Origin: Utricularia gibba
Taxonomy: Eukaryota > Plantae > Magnoliophyta
Direction of reading: 5' to 3'
Length of the DNA: 64,000 nt
NCBI GenBank assembly: GCA_002189035.1
Contig: NEEC01000008.1
Coordinates: forward strand, 1,674,001 to 1,738,000
Shown: piece by piece, positions 26,964-42,899 of the stretch
Position numbering within the stretch: the stretch's first letter is position 1
Layout of the letters: every line of letters begins with the position of its first letter
Made by a program: the position numbers and the translations under genes
Notes under the pieces: model-generated
Database searches by the model: none
What the model was told of the DNA's origin: nothing
Seen by the model: only the letters and a program-made list of their open reading frames with translations

Positions 26964-27751
26964 ATGGGGAGGATGGTGATCGTGGTGGGTATGGATGACA
27001 GCGAACACAGTGCCTACGCTCTGGAGTGGACCCTCGACCACTTCTTCTCCTCGCCACCGGAGAAATCGCCGTTCCGTCTAGTAATCGTACATGTCAAACC
27101 CTCTGCAGGGGAGCTGTTCACCGGTTTGTCTCAAAGAAAAGATCCCCTGTTCCCTGTTCGACTTCTATAAAGAAAAAATGCGTTCTAATAGCTACCCCTC
27201 TTGTTTGTTTTTTGGTCTTTGGTTAGCCGGTAGTTCGTCGGCGGGCCATTGATATTGAACAGGAATTTGGCGAGTATTGGGGGCGGAGTTCTGAAGAAGG
27301 CTAAGGAAATCTGCGAGCGCAAATTGGTACTCATCAACCCGCATTCCTCACTATTCAAGCTTTAATTTTTTTCCCCCTCTTCCGATTTCCCTATTCTTGG
27401 CAGGTTTTGAACATAGTCTATGAACTGTTTGAAGGCGATGCACGGAGTGTTCTGTGTGAGGTTGTGGAAAGCCTCGATGCCTCTATTCTTGTTGTGGGCA
27501 GCCATGGCTATGGAGCCATCAGGAGGTAAGTTTTTCAATGGAATTCCACCTCTGATCATTATCATCATTCGATTTTGAAATCGGGTTTTTTGCTACCAAG
27601 CTGCTTTTAGTTGTAGTGAACAGGGGCAAGATCATAGTATGAGTTGAATGAGTGCATTTGCAGGGCTGTTCTGGGGAGTGTGAGTGATTACTGCGCTCAT
27701 CATGCACAGTGCTCGGTGCTGATCGTGAAGAAGCCCAAGATTAAGAACTGA
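26964..27751 (+). CDS. Universal stress protein A-like, copy 2 (divergent; first splice junction atypical)
   Basis: VVGMDDSEHSAYALEWTL, EGDARSVLCEVV, GSHGYGAIRRAVLGSVSDY. The frame is kept only with donor 27156 and acceptor 27233. Confidence 0.8.
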
Positions 27752-28402
27752 TTGGATGCCAATACTTCATTATTACAAGTCCAGTATAAACCATGTACTT
27801 AATACTATTATGATTGTTGTCGCTCTGGTTCTGTTTCTACATGATGGAGGTTCTTGAAACTTGAAAGCTGCAATCAGTAAACTACTTACTCTTTTACCGG
27901 CTGGGTTTATGGCGTAGGAGAAAGCACAAAACTTGACATTGTTTTGGCCATTTGAACACAGACAACCCATTAAGTCGCACATAAGTGTTTATAAAAGTTA
28001 ATCTTTATGTGTTCAACCCAAGAAAGAATGTGATTACATTAGTTGAATCTCAAATCGATTATAAATAAAATTGAAGTACGATTACGTACATGATAAAAAG
28101 ATGATTTATATAAAATAATCTTCTTTAATCTTGTATGATATCTTTTTTTTTTTTCTAAAATAAAAATATGTAAACTCATAAAATTAAATGTTCAAAATAA
28201 ACAATATCATATAATAGATTGTTACATATGCATTTTCTAGATGGTCATACCTCGTTGGATTTCATATAGGGCCTCTCGACGTGAGGCGGAGCGCAATAAA
28301 TGCGGGTGGTTGTGAACTCGGCCCATAAACAGATTATCCAAGTTTGGAGGTTATACTTTACCCTAGACTTGACAGCCGCAGGATTCGACCGGCGTCGCGG
28401 AA

Positions 28403-29896
<1,494 letters not shown>

Positions 29897-30278
29897 TTTC
29901 CGAATCTGAGATCAGTTGGTGCAGACTTTCATCTTTCTTTCAGTACATTTCACATTGTATCCCCACTTCACGGTTTTCTTGCAAGATACAATGACCTACC
30001 TGGAAAGACAATACACGTACGGTTGCATCACATTTGTAACTTGCTCGAATCCGATTCATGACACTTTATTTTTGTGGGGTCCATGCCCCAGTTGGGTTTA
30101 GAACACTGCGTACGCATTTCGGAAACTGACCAGAATCAGGTGTGTGTGGAGGATGGGGCTTTGAGCCAATAGTAATAAGCGGAAACTCGGGCCGAAATGA
30201 GGAAAGCCCAGTAAGGAGATGTAAGATAAAAACTTAACCTAAACCTAAAGGCCGCAAGCGTCGACAGGCGACGGAGCG

Positions 30279-31735
<1,457 letters not shown>

Positions 31736-31960
31736 TCTCCAAAGACTAGAACTTTGCCGGCTGGAGGTTCCATTGGTGCAGATTTTAAGCATTTTGTTGC
31801 TCCATTTTGCTAATCCTTTGTTTCTTTTGTGAAAGATAATTATCCTTAGATTTCCAATGCTGAACGTTGAGAGTTGCGATATCACAACTGCTGCATTTCA
31901 GCATATCTGAGGACAACTTCCCTGATTGGCAAAACGCCAGAGTGTAAAGGTAGAAAATGT

Positions 31961-32005
31961 CACGTGGTGGAATTCTCCGCCGACCAAGTGTGCTGTCTTC
32001 ACGTG
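31961..32005. promoter_or_regulatory. Two G-boxes (CACGTG) upstream of the DUF789 gene
   Basis: CACGTG at 31961 and 32000, each followed by G (ABRE-type ACGTGG). Confidence 0.45.
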
Positions 32006-32292
32006 GGCTCTAAAATTCGCTATCGATTCTCCTCAATTTTCTTCGTCACATGTTAATTGTTTGTCGAAAATACCCCTGCGTGATGAAAGTATATTCCGAC
32101 AGCGTTGTGTATCTTCTTCAACGAAAGCTTTCCCTTCGATTCCCCAATTTCTCTCCAACTGCAAATCGTGAATCTTGATTTTCTCGAATCTTCGGCGATC
32201 TTCACTCGACCTTTGAAAACTGCTTACTGGTAGTTTGTGTCTATCGATTAAGTTTCCATTGGAGTGTTGTGAAGAGGAGGCAAGCGCTAGTG

Positions 32293-34232
32293 ATGGCAAG
32301 CAAGGGAGGGTACGCGGCGGCGGCGGTGCCAAGGCAGGCAGGAGATAGGCTTTATAAGCCGCCGCCTAGACGCCGCCAGGAAGAGCTTTTGGAAAAGCAG
32401 CAGAGGATGCAGAAGCAGCAGCAGCAATCGTGCAGGAAGGAGGCGGCGCTTCAGGAATTTTTATTGGCGGAGAGTGGAAATGGTGTAGACTTATTATCCA
32501 AAGCGGCGGCATTGCCTGTGCCGCGTTCATTGGGCCGTGTTCCGGCGGCGGTTATGACGAACTTGGATCGTTTGATGGAAGCTGTCACTCCTTTCGTGGA
32601 GGCGAGGCTTTTGTCGGAGGTATTTTTCTTTTGGCCTTTTATTTATCGTTTATTATTTTTTCTTGTGTGTGTCTGCGCGGTGCGTGAGTGTGTGTACAAT
32701 GATGGCTTCGTTAATCTCAGCGTCAGTTGATTGGGATGTTTCTCGAGAGGTGTGATCAAGCCTTTAAATCAGCATTTCTCTATTTAGAAATGTTAGGATC
32801 TCTTGTTTCAGTACCGATATCTCAACAAGAAGAGATTTTCGAAGGCTTTGCTGTGGAATTTCTGGAAATCATGCATCTGTCTACTGTCATCACCTCGCTA
32901 ACTAGGAAAAATTTCTTCTTATTCAGATTACCTTTTGAGTCTTTGGCAGGTTTTTACGAGGCGACCAAGAAGCCGTGATCTGAATTCAGTTCCCTTTTAT
33001 TACTTGGAGGACCTTTGGGAATCCTTCAACGAGTGGAGTGTTTATGGCGCTGGGGTGTCATTGATGTTCAATGGAAGTGAACCTATTGAGCAATTTTATG
33101 TTCCATCGTTGTCTGGTATACAGTTATTCATGGACAAATCCTGTCTATCTTCACGAGCCAGGTTATTTAACCAAAAATCTATCTTCCTACTTGCAGTTAA
33201 CTCTTATATTGTGTATTTTTGTGTAGTGGGATGTGTTGAGTTCTTGTTTTGAAATGGGGCGATATTCACTCTTCTGAGTTAAGCATGTGAAGCGTTTTCA
33301 GGGGACCAAAGGATGATCATGTTGAGTCAAACAGGTCGGCAAGTATTGCTGGATGCAGCGACTCTGAAGAAGATGCAAGAGGGAAATCTGCTACGGATGC
33401 AGTGACTCTGAATACGTGGCGGCTTAATCGGCTATCTCTGGAAAATAACTCAGTCGCAAATTTCTCCTCCAGTTCTGATGCATATGATTGCGCACGTGCA
33501 CCGTTGTTTCGGTATCTAGAACATGAGCAACCATATAACCGCAGACCATTTTCTGAAAAGGTACGTTGTGCGTCCCTGATGCTTTCCTGTCTTTTGAGCT
33601 TGAAGATGATTTTGATCAATAATGCCCTTTACAGATGTCATTACTTGCATCCCAATCTCCTGAGCTAAGCAAGTTTAGGAGCTCCGATCTACATCCATCG
33701 AGTTGGATGTGTGTGGCGTGGTTTGTAATGTTCATTTGCTTCATGAACAACTCCGGCACATCTATATTGCCTTTTATCGTTTCAAAAACATTTCCTGCAG
33801 GTATCCAATATACCGGATTCCCATAGGCTCAACACTCCAAGATCTTGATTCATCCTTCTTGACCTTTCACCTATTATCCACACAACCTCGTAGTATGTTG
33901 CTTTTTTTTTCACTCTCTATTCGACGTTCACTTCTATTTAAACATCCTTGTAAGTATGATCTTGCCATGTTCTTATTGCAGCAAACAAGCCAGCTCTGTT
34001 CCATGGCCCAAATTCTAGAGAAGGCATTGAAGATCCGATTCCCAGGATCTCACTTCCGGTGTTCGCCCTCGCTTCATACAAGATGAAGGGCTCAATAGTA
34101 AGCCCCAATAGACCCAATGAATGTGAGCAAGAGGAGTCCCTCTTGCAAGCTGCAGATAAATGGCTTGGAGATATGCAGGTCAAGTTACCTGATTACCAGT
34201 TTTTTCGAGGTCACTACTCGCCACGAAGATGA
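32293..34232 (+). CDS. DUF789 family protein, 6 exons
   Basis: [68 protein letters not shown] and FLTFHLLS. Confidence 0.92.
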
Positions 34233-34479
34233 CGAGGTATCCATTTTTTGTCCAGCAATCTGTGCACGAGTTGTTTGTGAACAAAAGCACTGATCCTTCA
34301 GATGGAGTGAAAGCCGATTAACTGCAGCTCTGGCTCACCATGTGAGTCTTTGAATAGAATTGGTATACATGTTGAAGATGCATAACACTTGAAACGCTTT
34401 CAACTTCACAGCAACGTGGTCATCAAACATGTACATGAGGAGAAAGGAGTATCTGTTTTGCGTAACAAAAAAAAGGGCT

Positions 34480-34788
34480 TCAAAACTTGCCGGCGGGAAC
34501 GATCTTGATGACAAGACCGGGGAACACATCATCGGGATCCTGTATATGGGGGTTTCTCTCCACGATGTACGGATCCCCGCACTTGGCGCTGATCGTGTGA
34601 AGCGTTTCCCCTTCTCGGACGACGTATATCTCGTCGCACGCGCCGCCCTTCCATCTCCCCCCGCCGGCGCCCTCCTCCTGGTACGACGGAAACCACACCA
34701 TGGAGAGCAGCAAGCCCATGACGCAGAACAGAGAGGCGGCGTCGGCGGCGAGCACCACTGACGCCTCCAGGCAAGACCGGCATCGCAT
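34480..34788 (-). CDS. Small single-LysM-domain protein with an N-terminal hydrophobic segment
   Basis: CDEIYVVREGETLHTISAKCGDPYIVERNPHIQDPDDVFPGLVIKI; TATA (CTATAAAA, minus strand) at 34833-34840. Confidence 0.92.
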   Translation of the reverse strand: MRCRSCLEASVVLAADAASLFCVMGLLLSMVWFPSYQEEGAGGGRWKGGACDEIYVVREGETLHTISAKCGDPYIVERNPHIQDPDDVFPGLVIKIVPAGKF

Positions 34789-34871
34789 GTCTGAAACAAA
34801 ACACGGTTAATGGCATCGGCGGAAAGGGACTCTTTTATAGTCATACAGAAGAAAATTGGCCTGATGGTTGG

Positions 34872-35444
34872 TTGACTAAAACTAATTCTTCATATAAAGT
34901 CCAAATACTAATATAATGGATTTATAAATAATTTGATTGGCTGGGCGCTAAATATTTTTCTTGTCTAGAGATATGCAATAAATGTGCAAAATGTCAACGG
35001 GATTGACAAATGTAATAAAGATATTTCGTCCATAATGACGGTGGCTACGAATTCCTTAACCGCAATTAAGGTCGGTTTGTTCAATTAATCTACGTAAAAA
35101 AACAAAACTGGATCAATTAAAACCTGATGCACCGAATTAATTATTCCGGTTACGTGTTCATTCGGAAATTCCAAACATTGAATTTTAATACAAGTGTACC
35201 CATCTCCCCTGCACCATGCATATAAAGGTTGCTTGATCCATTTTGGGTAATTCGACGCAATTCTCGTCGTTGACTAAATTGACGATGTTACTTTTTGTAA
35301 TATTTTAACGTATTGTTTTTATTTGCTATATTATTTAAATTGTGAATTTGTAGCGCCGTCAAGGACGACCTATTAAGCTGCATCGGCCCAGGATTATATG
35401 TCAAATTCAGATGTTTTTGGTAGCAAGGTAGGAAGCCCGGTCAA
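34872..35444. promoter_or_regulatory. W-box-rich region upstream of the LysM gene
   Basis: Eight TTGAC cores on either strand, including full TTGACY at 34872, 35270 and 35439. Confidence 0.5.
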
Positions 35445-36320
35445 TTTACTTATTATAAAATAAATCTTATTATAAATAGTTTTTTTATTAAATACGACAA
35501 GGTAGAAATTAAGAATATGATTTTTTTCTTGTGTTTTATTGTTTTTATTTTTAAACACTGGTTTCATTACGAGTTTGAGTGGGTGGAATTGCCTCTCTGT
35601 TTGGATCAGGATCATGTGCCAATAATTTTGGGCCATAAATGCCATTACTTACATTGTTTATTTAATGATTTAAAATCTTAAAAAAATTGTGAATTGATTT
35701 GAAGAACAATTTATAATTCAAAATAATTCAATTACGATTTAATCTTAGTTTTATCAAATTTAACTTGTGAATATTCCATGACCCAAAATGATTTAACTAC
35801 GATTTCCTATTTTGGGTTTGGACAGTACCAATGGAGTCGGTTAGACGGTAAATAAATAGACAAGGCATTTCATTTTGATTTTATGGGTTTCCTATGTGTT
35901 CTTTGGATTCATTTTTTATTCTCCCAGAAACAAAAATAATATTTTTACAGAATATACATACAATTTTCACATTTTTATTATATTTTATATTTATATTTAT
36001 AGGATTTACTTATTTTTGCTTGTATGTGTTATATTTCTCAAAGAATGATTGCATAAGGATGTATGAGTAGAATCAATAGGTGTATTTTGTAATTTTAAAG
36101 TTGTGTTTCATATTATGTAAAATAGAATTACTTTTAAAATCATGTAAATAGAATCAATTTGAAATTATAAAACGATTTTCTGATATACTATAAAATTTAA
36201 TCAAATGATATATATATATATATAATAAAGTTTAATATAATAACTTATGATATAAATATATTTTTAAAATAGATTAAAAATAAATAATATATTTTTTATA
36301 ATTACAATTTTATTTAATCA

Positions 36321-36355
<35 letters not shown>

Positions 36356-37328
36356 AATTTAATAACTTTTGAAATTAAATCACAAAATATGAATTTTTAA
36401 ATTTTCTAAATAAAGATAAAATATTAAAATGTTTAAAAATTAAAAAAATCACTTCAAAAAATTATTAAAACAGAATAATCCCAATGTATATGTTCATTCT
36501 TCAACGGTTAAGTTTGAGCTGAAGAGAATGTTTCGCATTAATTATTTCGTGCCTAGAAAATGCGGCAACAAAATTATTTAATTTGCAAATTCAAAAAATC
36601 AAATGGATGAAATTAAATGGGTAACATAATATCAAAATAACAATAATTACAGAAATTACAGCTAGTAATAAATTCTCCACGCGACAACTCCATGTCTATG
36701 CACTGCTGCTGCTTTTTTTTATATCTCTCTCGCTCTCGCTCCTCTGTCTCGGTCTCTCTCTACGCGATCTCGAAATTCACACGCGTAAGCATTGAGTGGA
36801 AGCATTGCGGCGTCCTTTTCAAGCGCTTATTGACTTAATCGCTGAAACTGAGCTCGAATTTGTGCCGGGTGTAAGTTTGTTTTCCAATTGGGATGTAAGA
36901 ACCTGAGGAGTTGAGGTTGAAGTTTTGGTTTTGGATTTTTGTTTCTTGTACCTCATGTTAAGTTAATTCTTTTGATAATTGGGTTTAGATCTGTTGCGAC
37001 AGATGATGGTTTTGAGTCGTGGGAAGTTCGTGAATAGATAATACGGCCATTGGCGTTGTTTTTTTTTTTTTTAAATACTGCGAGGGAAGGTTTGATGAAG
37101 ATGGATACGAATGTCAAATGGGGAGGATCTGAGAATGGGGAGATTTTGTTGATAAGTTTTGGATATTTTTAGGGATAATTGGGCTGGTAAAAGACGAATT
37201 TTGAGAAGAACAATCATTGAGAAATTTGAAAATTTTGTTATGAACTGAGAACATCTTTCTGATTTGTTTTTGTGAGCATATATCTGATATCTTCTTGACT
37301 CTCTTGTCATTGAGTTGTTTCAGGAAAT

Positions 37329-40300
37329 ATGCCTTCATGGTGGGGGAAGTTTTCATCCAAAGAAGCAAAAAAGAAAGTGACTAAAGAAAGTTTTATCGAT
37401 ACATTGCACAAGAAGTTTAAGAGTCCTGATGGTAAATCTTCCACTAGGTCAGGAATTCTTAGGAGGCGTTCAGGTGACATTGGTTCAGAGCGAGGATGTC
37501 TGTCACGAGTTCAATCTAGGTCTCCATCACCTTCCAACAAGTATGTTGAACGATGCCAAAGTTTTTCTGGAAAGCCACAAGCTCAACTGCTCTTGCAACA
37601 AGGACATTGCCCTGGCAATGTCTGCCGTACAAATTCTAGTTTAAGCGAAAAATTGAAGCCTAGCGTAGAAAAGGCCTCCAAAACCTCATTATTCCGGCCT
37701 CTTCCAAGACCTGCATGCATCCGGCAAAGACTTGAACCTGATGAAATGGATGCAGAACCAACCGTTTCTTCAATCTTCAGTGAATCGCCAATGGAGACTA
37801 ATGATCCTCCTGATTCGAAACAGTTTATTCTTCTGGTGAATGACAGTGATTCTGGCCCTAGAACAGCAACTTGCACCATGTCCAAGTGAGTTGTCCAAAG
37901 CTTGTAGTTTTTATTAGTTTTATGTTGATCACGTTTAGTAACTGTAGTCCCTCCCCCCACTTGAAGCACTCCAATTGCAGATCACTTCTCCATTGCACCA
38001 ATAGTTCCAACAGAGTCAAGAAAGGTGGTGAAACTCTCCTGCAACCAAAGTGACTCGTTACCACCACCATCAAGAAGACGATTATTGAATGGTCAATTGC
38101 CGAATGTATCTGTTCCTCATCGATGTCCCATTTTCAGTGCTCCAGATAGCTCAATGTCGAGTCCCTCCAGAAGTCCTGTGAGAGGTGCACGTCATGAGCA
38201 AGTTGCGAGTAGTATCATCAATTCTGGGAAGCACAGTGATATTCCCATTCTTGGATCTGGTCAATGCTCCAGCCCTGCTTCAGGTCAGAATTCTGGTCAA
38301 AATTCAATGGGAGGAGACACCTATGGCCAATTATGTTGGCAGCCTAGCAGGGGAAGCCCTGAGTATTCTCCAAATCCTAGCCCTAGAATGACAAGCCCTG
38401 GTCCGAGCTCAAGAATACAAAGCGGCACTGTGACACCCATTCATCCACGTTCTGGAGCGCATTCTGATTCAGTGAATAACAGGACTGAAGATGGGAAACA
38501 GCAGAGCCACCGGCTACCTCTTCCTCCAATAGCAATATCAAATTCCTCTAATTTCTCCCATCAAAATTCAGGCATGTCCTCACCATCTGTATCAAGCCCG
38601 GTTTCACGCTGGATAAAGGGTAAATTGCTTGGTCAAGGGACATTTGGACATGTCTATGTGGGTTTTAACAGGTATGGAAGCCTTATCATTCTCTCTATAA
38701 ATCTTGTTTATGGAACTTTTGCTCCAACGCTTCATCCTGTATGCAGTAAAAGTTCATGCATAAGTGCTCCCCAAATTACCATATTTTTTTGATTTTAATA
38801 GTGAAACTGGGCAAATGTGTGCCATGAAGGAGGTAACTTTGTTTTCTGATGATGCAAAGTCCAAGGAGAGTGCAAAACAGTTGGGACATGTAAGTCCTGA
38901 TCTTCCATATTGTACAACGGGAAATGGGCAGTATGGAAAAAGAAACAGGCACGATGACTATTTCTGGTTGATACCAGCTTTTTCACAGTGCATTTCTCTT
39001 TCTTGTAGGAGATTGCATCTCTCAGCCGCTTCAGTCATCCTAATATCGTGCAGTACTATGGATCTGAAATGGTAAGTAACATATCATGCTATGTGTGAGC
39101 TCACTCTGAAATATCTTGAATTGCCAATTACTGGGGCACAGTGGTTTCTCTCTGAAATCAAATGAATATAAGAACTTTCAAAATTCCTGTGTGGTGAGAG
39201 CAAAATCGTGAGCATGGATTTTTTTACCAGCTTCATTGATTCTTACTTGAGCTCACTCTAACAGGTTGGTGATAAATTCTATGTTTACTTGGAATATTTA
39301 TCGGGTGGCTCTATACATAAGATCCTGAATGACTATGGCCGACTTGGAGAATCAGCTATCCGTAGTTACACTGAGCAAATTTTATCTGGGCTCGCCTATT
39401 TGCATGCTAAAAATACTGTGCACAGGTATGTGCTGCCTTTTTTTGGGCGCTTCCTTCAGGAATCATAGTCTTAAGTTATATTTTTTTTAAATCTTCTACA
39501 CATCTTTAATGCAGGGACATTAAGGGTGCCAATATACTTGTCGACCCAAATGGCCGTGTTAAGCTGGCAGATTTTGGAATGGCAAAATATGTTAGTTGAT
39601 GAATATTCATTAAGATATATTTGGTCAAATCCTCACTGGTTTTTTTATTTGTGATTAGGTTTTGGGTGTTTTATGAGACACCCTGAATTCTGCTGTGCTT
39701 TTTTCTTCTGATCCTTCTTTTCCGTATATTTGGACTTGTGTTTGTACACTGTAGATGCTACTGTTATTTTATTTTCTTCTTTGTTATTTATGTAATGGTT
39801 TGATATACAGATTGCAGGAAAGTACTGTCCATTATCTTGCAAAGGCAGTCCATATTGGATGGCACCTGAGGTTGGATTTTGACATTTGAATCTTTTTTAG
39901 CACTGGCTTATTTTTTTTTTTTTAATTTTGTGTAATTAGGTTAAATATTGGGTTCGATGTAGGTTATTAGGAATTCAAATGGATGCAGTTTAGCTGTTGA
40001 TATTTGGAGCCTTGGATGCACCGTGTTAGAAATGGCTACGTCAAAGCCACCATGGAGCCAGTATGAAGGGGTTTGTATTTGCCAGTGGCTTTTCTCTAGT
40101 CTTTTTATGCGTCTCTGACAGCTTACTTTTGTAATCAGGTCGCCGCTATGTTTAAGATTGGAAACAGTAAGGAACTTCCCACCATTCCGGATTACCTGTC
40201 TGATGAAGGGAAGGAATTTGTACGGCTATGTTTGCAGCGGAACCCCATGCATCGTCCTACAGCTGCTCAGCTCTTGGATCACCCCTTTGTCAAGGGTGCT

Positions 40301-41058
40301 TCTCCCATGGAGAAACCAATCATGGGTTTTTCTTCATCTGATCATTCTATGTTGACAAATGCCACCAAATCTGTGGTATATATCTCGTACTCACTCCCTT
40401 TTTGTAATAGCTGCTGTGGATGTTTTGCCGGTGTGACTTATAACATGATCCATGCATATAGGGTTTTGGGAATTGTAAAGTTCAGCTGCAGGCCGAATCA
40501 GAAAAGCTTGTTGTCCACTCATCGAGAATCACAAATTCAAACTTCCATTCGAGGTACTTCTCTGTTTCCACCATCATCGTCACCTCTTCATAAATTTCTC
40601 TAGTTGGTGCTTAGATTTATTATATCTTGGATCCTTGTCTTGATTTCAGCGACTCCTACATGCTACGAAACATATCCTGCCCAGTCTCCCCATTGGGGAG
40701 TCCTCTTCTAAACTCACAGTCTGGGAGAATGTCTCCTTCACCGATATCAAGCCCCAGAAACACATCTGGCTCATCTACTCCTCCAACTGGTGGCATAGGG
40801 GCGATCCCTTTCCGGAATCAAGTTGCATTATCACAAGAGTGTGTTGCATCTCTGCGATGCCCTACTAGCCCTTCCTATTGGGACCATGATATTCGAAGAG
40901 GGGTGCCTTTCAGACCTAATACTTTCCGGGAACTAAATTCACATGAAAGCAGTGGCCCGAGAAATCAGTATGGAAGGAATGGAACTAAAGAATTTCGCAA
41001 TGGACATTCAGTCTTAGTTGATCCTCTATACCTCAGCAAATACTCAAAGAACCGCTGA
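37329..41058 (+). CDS. YDA: YODA-type MAP kinase kinase kinase, 11 coding exons; 5'-UTR intron at about 36871-37323
   Basis: [51 protein letters not shown] and kinase motifs [31 protein letters not shown]. Confidence 0.93.
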
Positions 41059-41663
41059 TTCCAGGTTTGCTTCCTTTTTCAACCTTGGCATACCTGGGAC
41101 ACAAATGAATCCGTTGATTCTCATGTGAAAGACACGCTGAATCAAGCCATTTTTCCACAATGCTGGTTGGAAGCCTATATGAGCCTTCCATCTTACAGAT
41201 TAGCAAAATCTTGGTGGAGACAGTGAGTGCTCTCTGCAGTGACAGCTTTCTTCGTTGCTCTGAAACTGAGTAGACATCACCCAAATTTCAACTGTGCTAA
41301 CTCTTGAGTTTGAAAGCTTGCCGGCCGGAGGCGGCTGCCGGCTTTAAATGTGTACAGGCTGTAGTGTCTGGCGAGGCCGCCTTTGGAGATGACTCCGGTT
41401 TACTTGTGGAGTCCAGAATGAGCTTAGTGGAGCTATCTATCAGCATAGGTTTGTTCACATGTACATGCACAGGGAAAGGGAGAAGGATGGTTGAGAGATG
41501 GTTCCATATTTGTTTCTTGTTTATTGCATCCTTGTTGTTTTGTATAGAAAGAGATGGTAACCAACAGTAATACACTAACGGACAGTTGGGATTTCACCCT
41601 ATCTCTTGCCTTCTTCTCCAAAGCATCAATCTTCAAATCATTATTTGTTGGGATAGTTGTTTA

Positions 41664-41945
41664 AGTAATGTTCTGAAAATTTTTAGAATCTATTTTAAAT
41701 TTTTTAAAAATATTTTAAATAATTAATAGAAATAGAAATAAATTGAAATTGTTTTAGAAAATTATAAAAATAAATGTAGAATTACTTTTTAAATCAAATA
41801 AATAAATAAGTAAAAAAATATATAAAAGTATACTATTATTTACTTTTTAATTTTTTTAATAATTTATAATATTTTAAAGTAAATTAATTTTATTTTTTAA
41901 AAATTAAAAATAAATTCTAAAAATTTTACAAAATAGTATATTACT
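41664..41945. mobile_element. AT-rich Tourist-like MITE, copy C
   Basis: The left end TTA|AGTAATGTTCTGAAAATTTTTAGAATCTATTTT matches the reverse complement of copy A's right end, with an inverted counterpart near 41905-41945. Confidence 0.55.
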
Positions 41946-42020
41946 GTACCCTGGCAGAACCTTCATTTTAAAAAAATGTGGAGTTCCATTTTTTTTTTTT
42001 TCTGGGTTTAAGAAACTTAG

Positions 42021-42106
42021 CAGCCCATTGAAGGTTGCGAGTAGCCCATTAAGCCCGCCCATCATGGTTCTCCAATATCGCATAAATGGCAAATGCGAAA
42101 CCCTAA
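42021..42106 (+). promoter_or_regulatory. Site II elements plus telo-box (RPL36 promoter)
   Basis: AGCCCA twice and AAACCCTAA at 42098-42106, a typical plant ribosomal-protein promoter. Confidence 0.8.
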
Positions 42107-42272
42107 ATTTTTGTTCTTGACGGCTCGCTCTCACCGGAGGGATCGGAGGAAAAGGTGAGTGCTCCGTGTTTGTTGAAGCGAGGTTACGGTACACAGTGTG
42201 TTTCAATTCAAAGCATGTGTTTGTCTGCGGGCTTTAGTTAGAAATTGAACATGATTTCTTGATTTCGCGCAG

Positions 42273-42899
42273 ATGGCCCCGAAGCAGCCGAACAGTGGGT
42301 TATCTGTGGGATTGAATAAGGGCCATGTAGTTACTCCTAAAGAATTAGCTCCTCGTCCTTCCGACAGGAAAGGAGTAAGATTTTCCTGTTTTTGCAATTA
42401 TCTGTTTGATTGGTTGTTATGTTCGTTTTATCTTCTAAGAAAAATTTCCTATTACTTCTGCTGTGATTTTTAGTATTATATTGAACGTGCTACAAGGGTT
42501 TCTATCAAAAATCGCATATTTTTATCACGTTTGTGGTAAATTTGGAATGGGTTGGTGATGATCGTTTCATCATTGTAGAGAACCAGCAAGAGAGTGCATT
42601 TTGTGAGGAGTCTGATCAGAGAAGTGGCTGGGTTTGCACCATACGAAAAGAGAATCACTGAGCTTCTCAAAGTTGGGAAGGATAAGCGTGCCCTGAAAGT
42701 GGCTAAGAGGAAGTTGGGCACCCACAAAAGAGCAAAGAAGAAGAGAGAAGAGATGGCTAGTGCTCTTCGCAAGATGAGGTGAGCTTTTCTTGGACTGCTT
42801 ATTTTCTTCCTGAATTTCTAAGAATACATTGTTGAACTCGTATTGCCATTTCCTGTACACTTTTCCAGGGCTGCTGCAGGAGGTGATAAGAAGAAGTGA
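42273..42899 (+). CDS. RPL36: 60S ribosomal protein L36 (eL36), 3 coding exons plus a 5'-UTR intron
   Basis: [21 protein letters not shown]...[35 protein letters not shown]...GGDKKK*. Confidence 0.98.
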
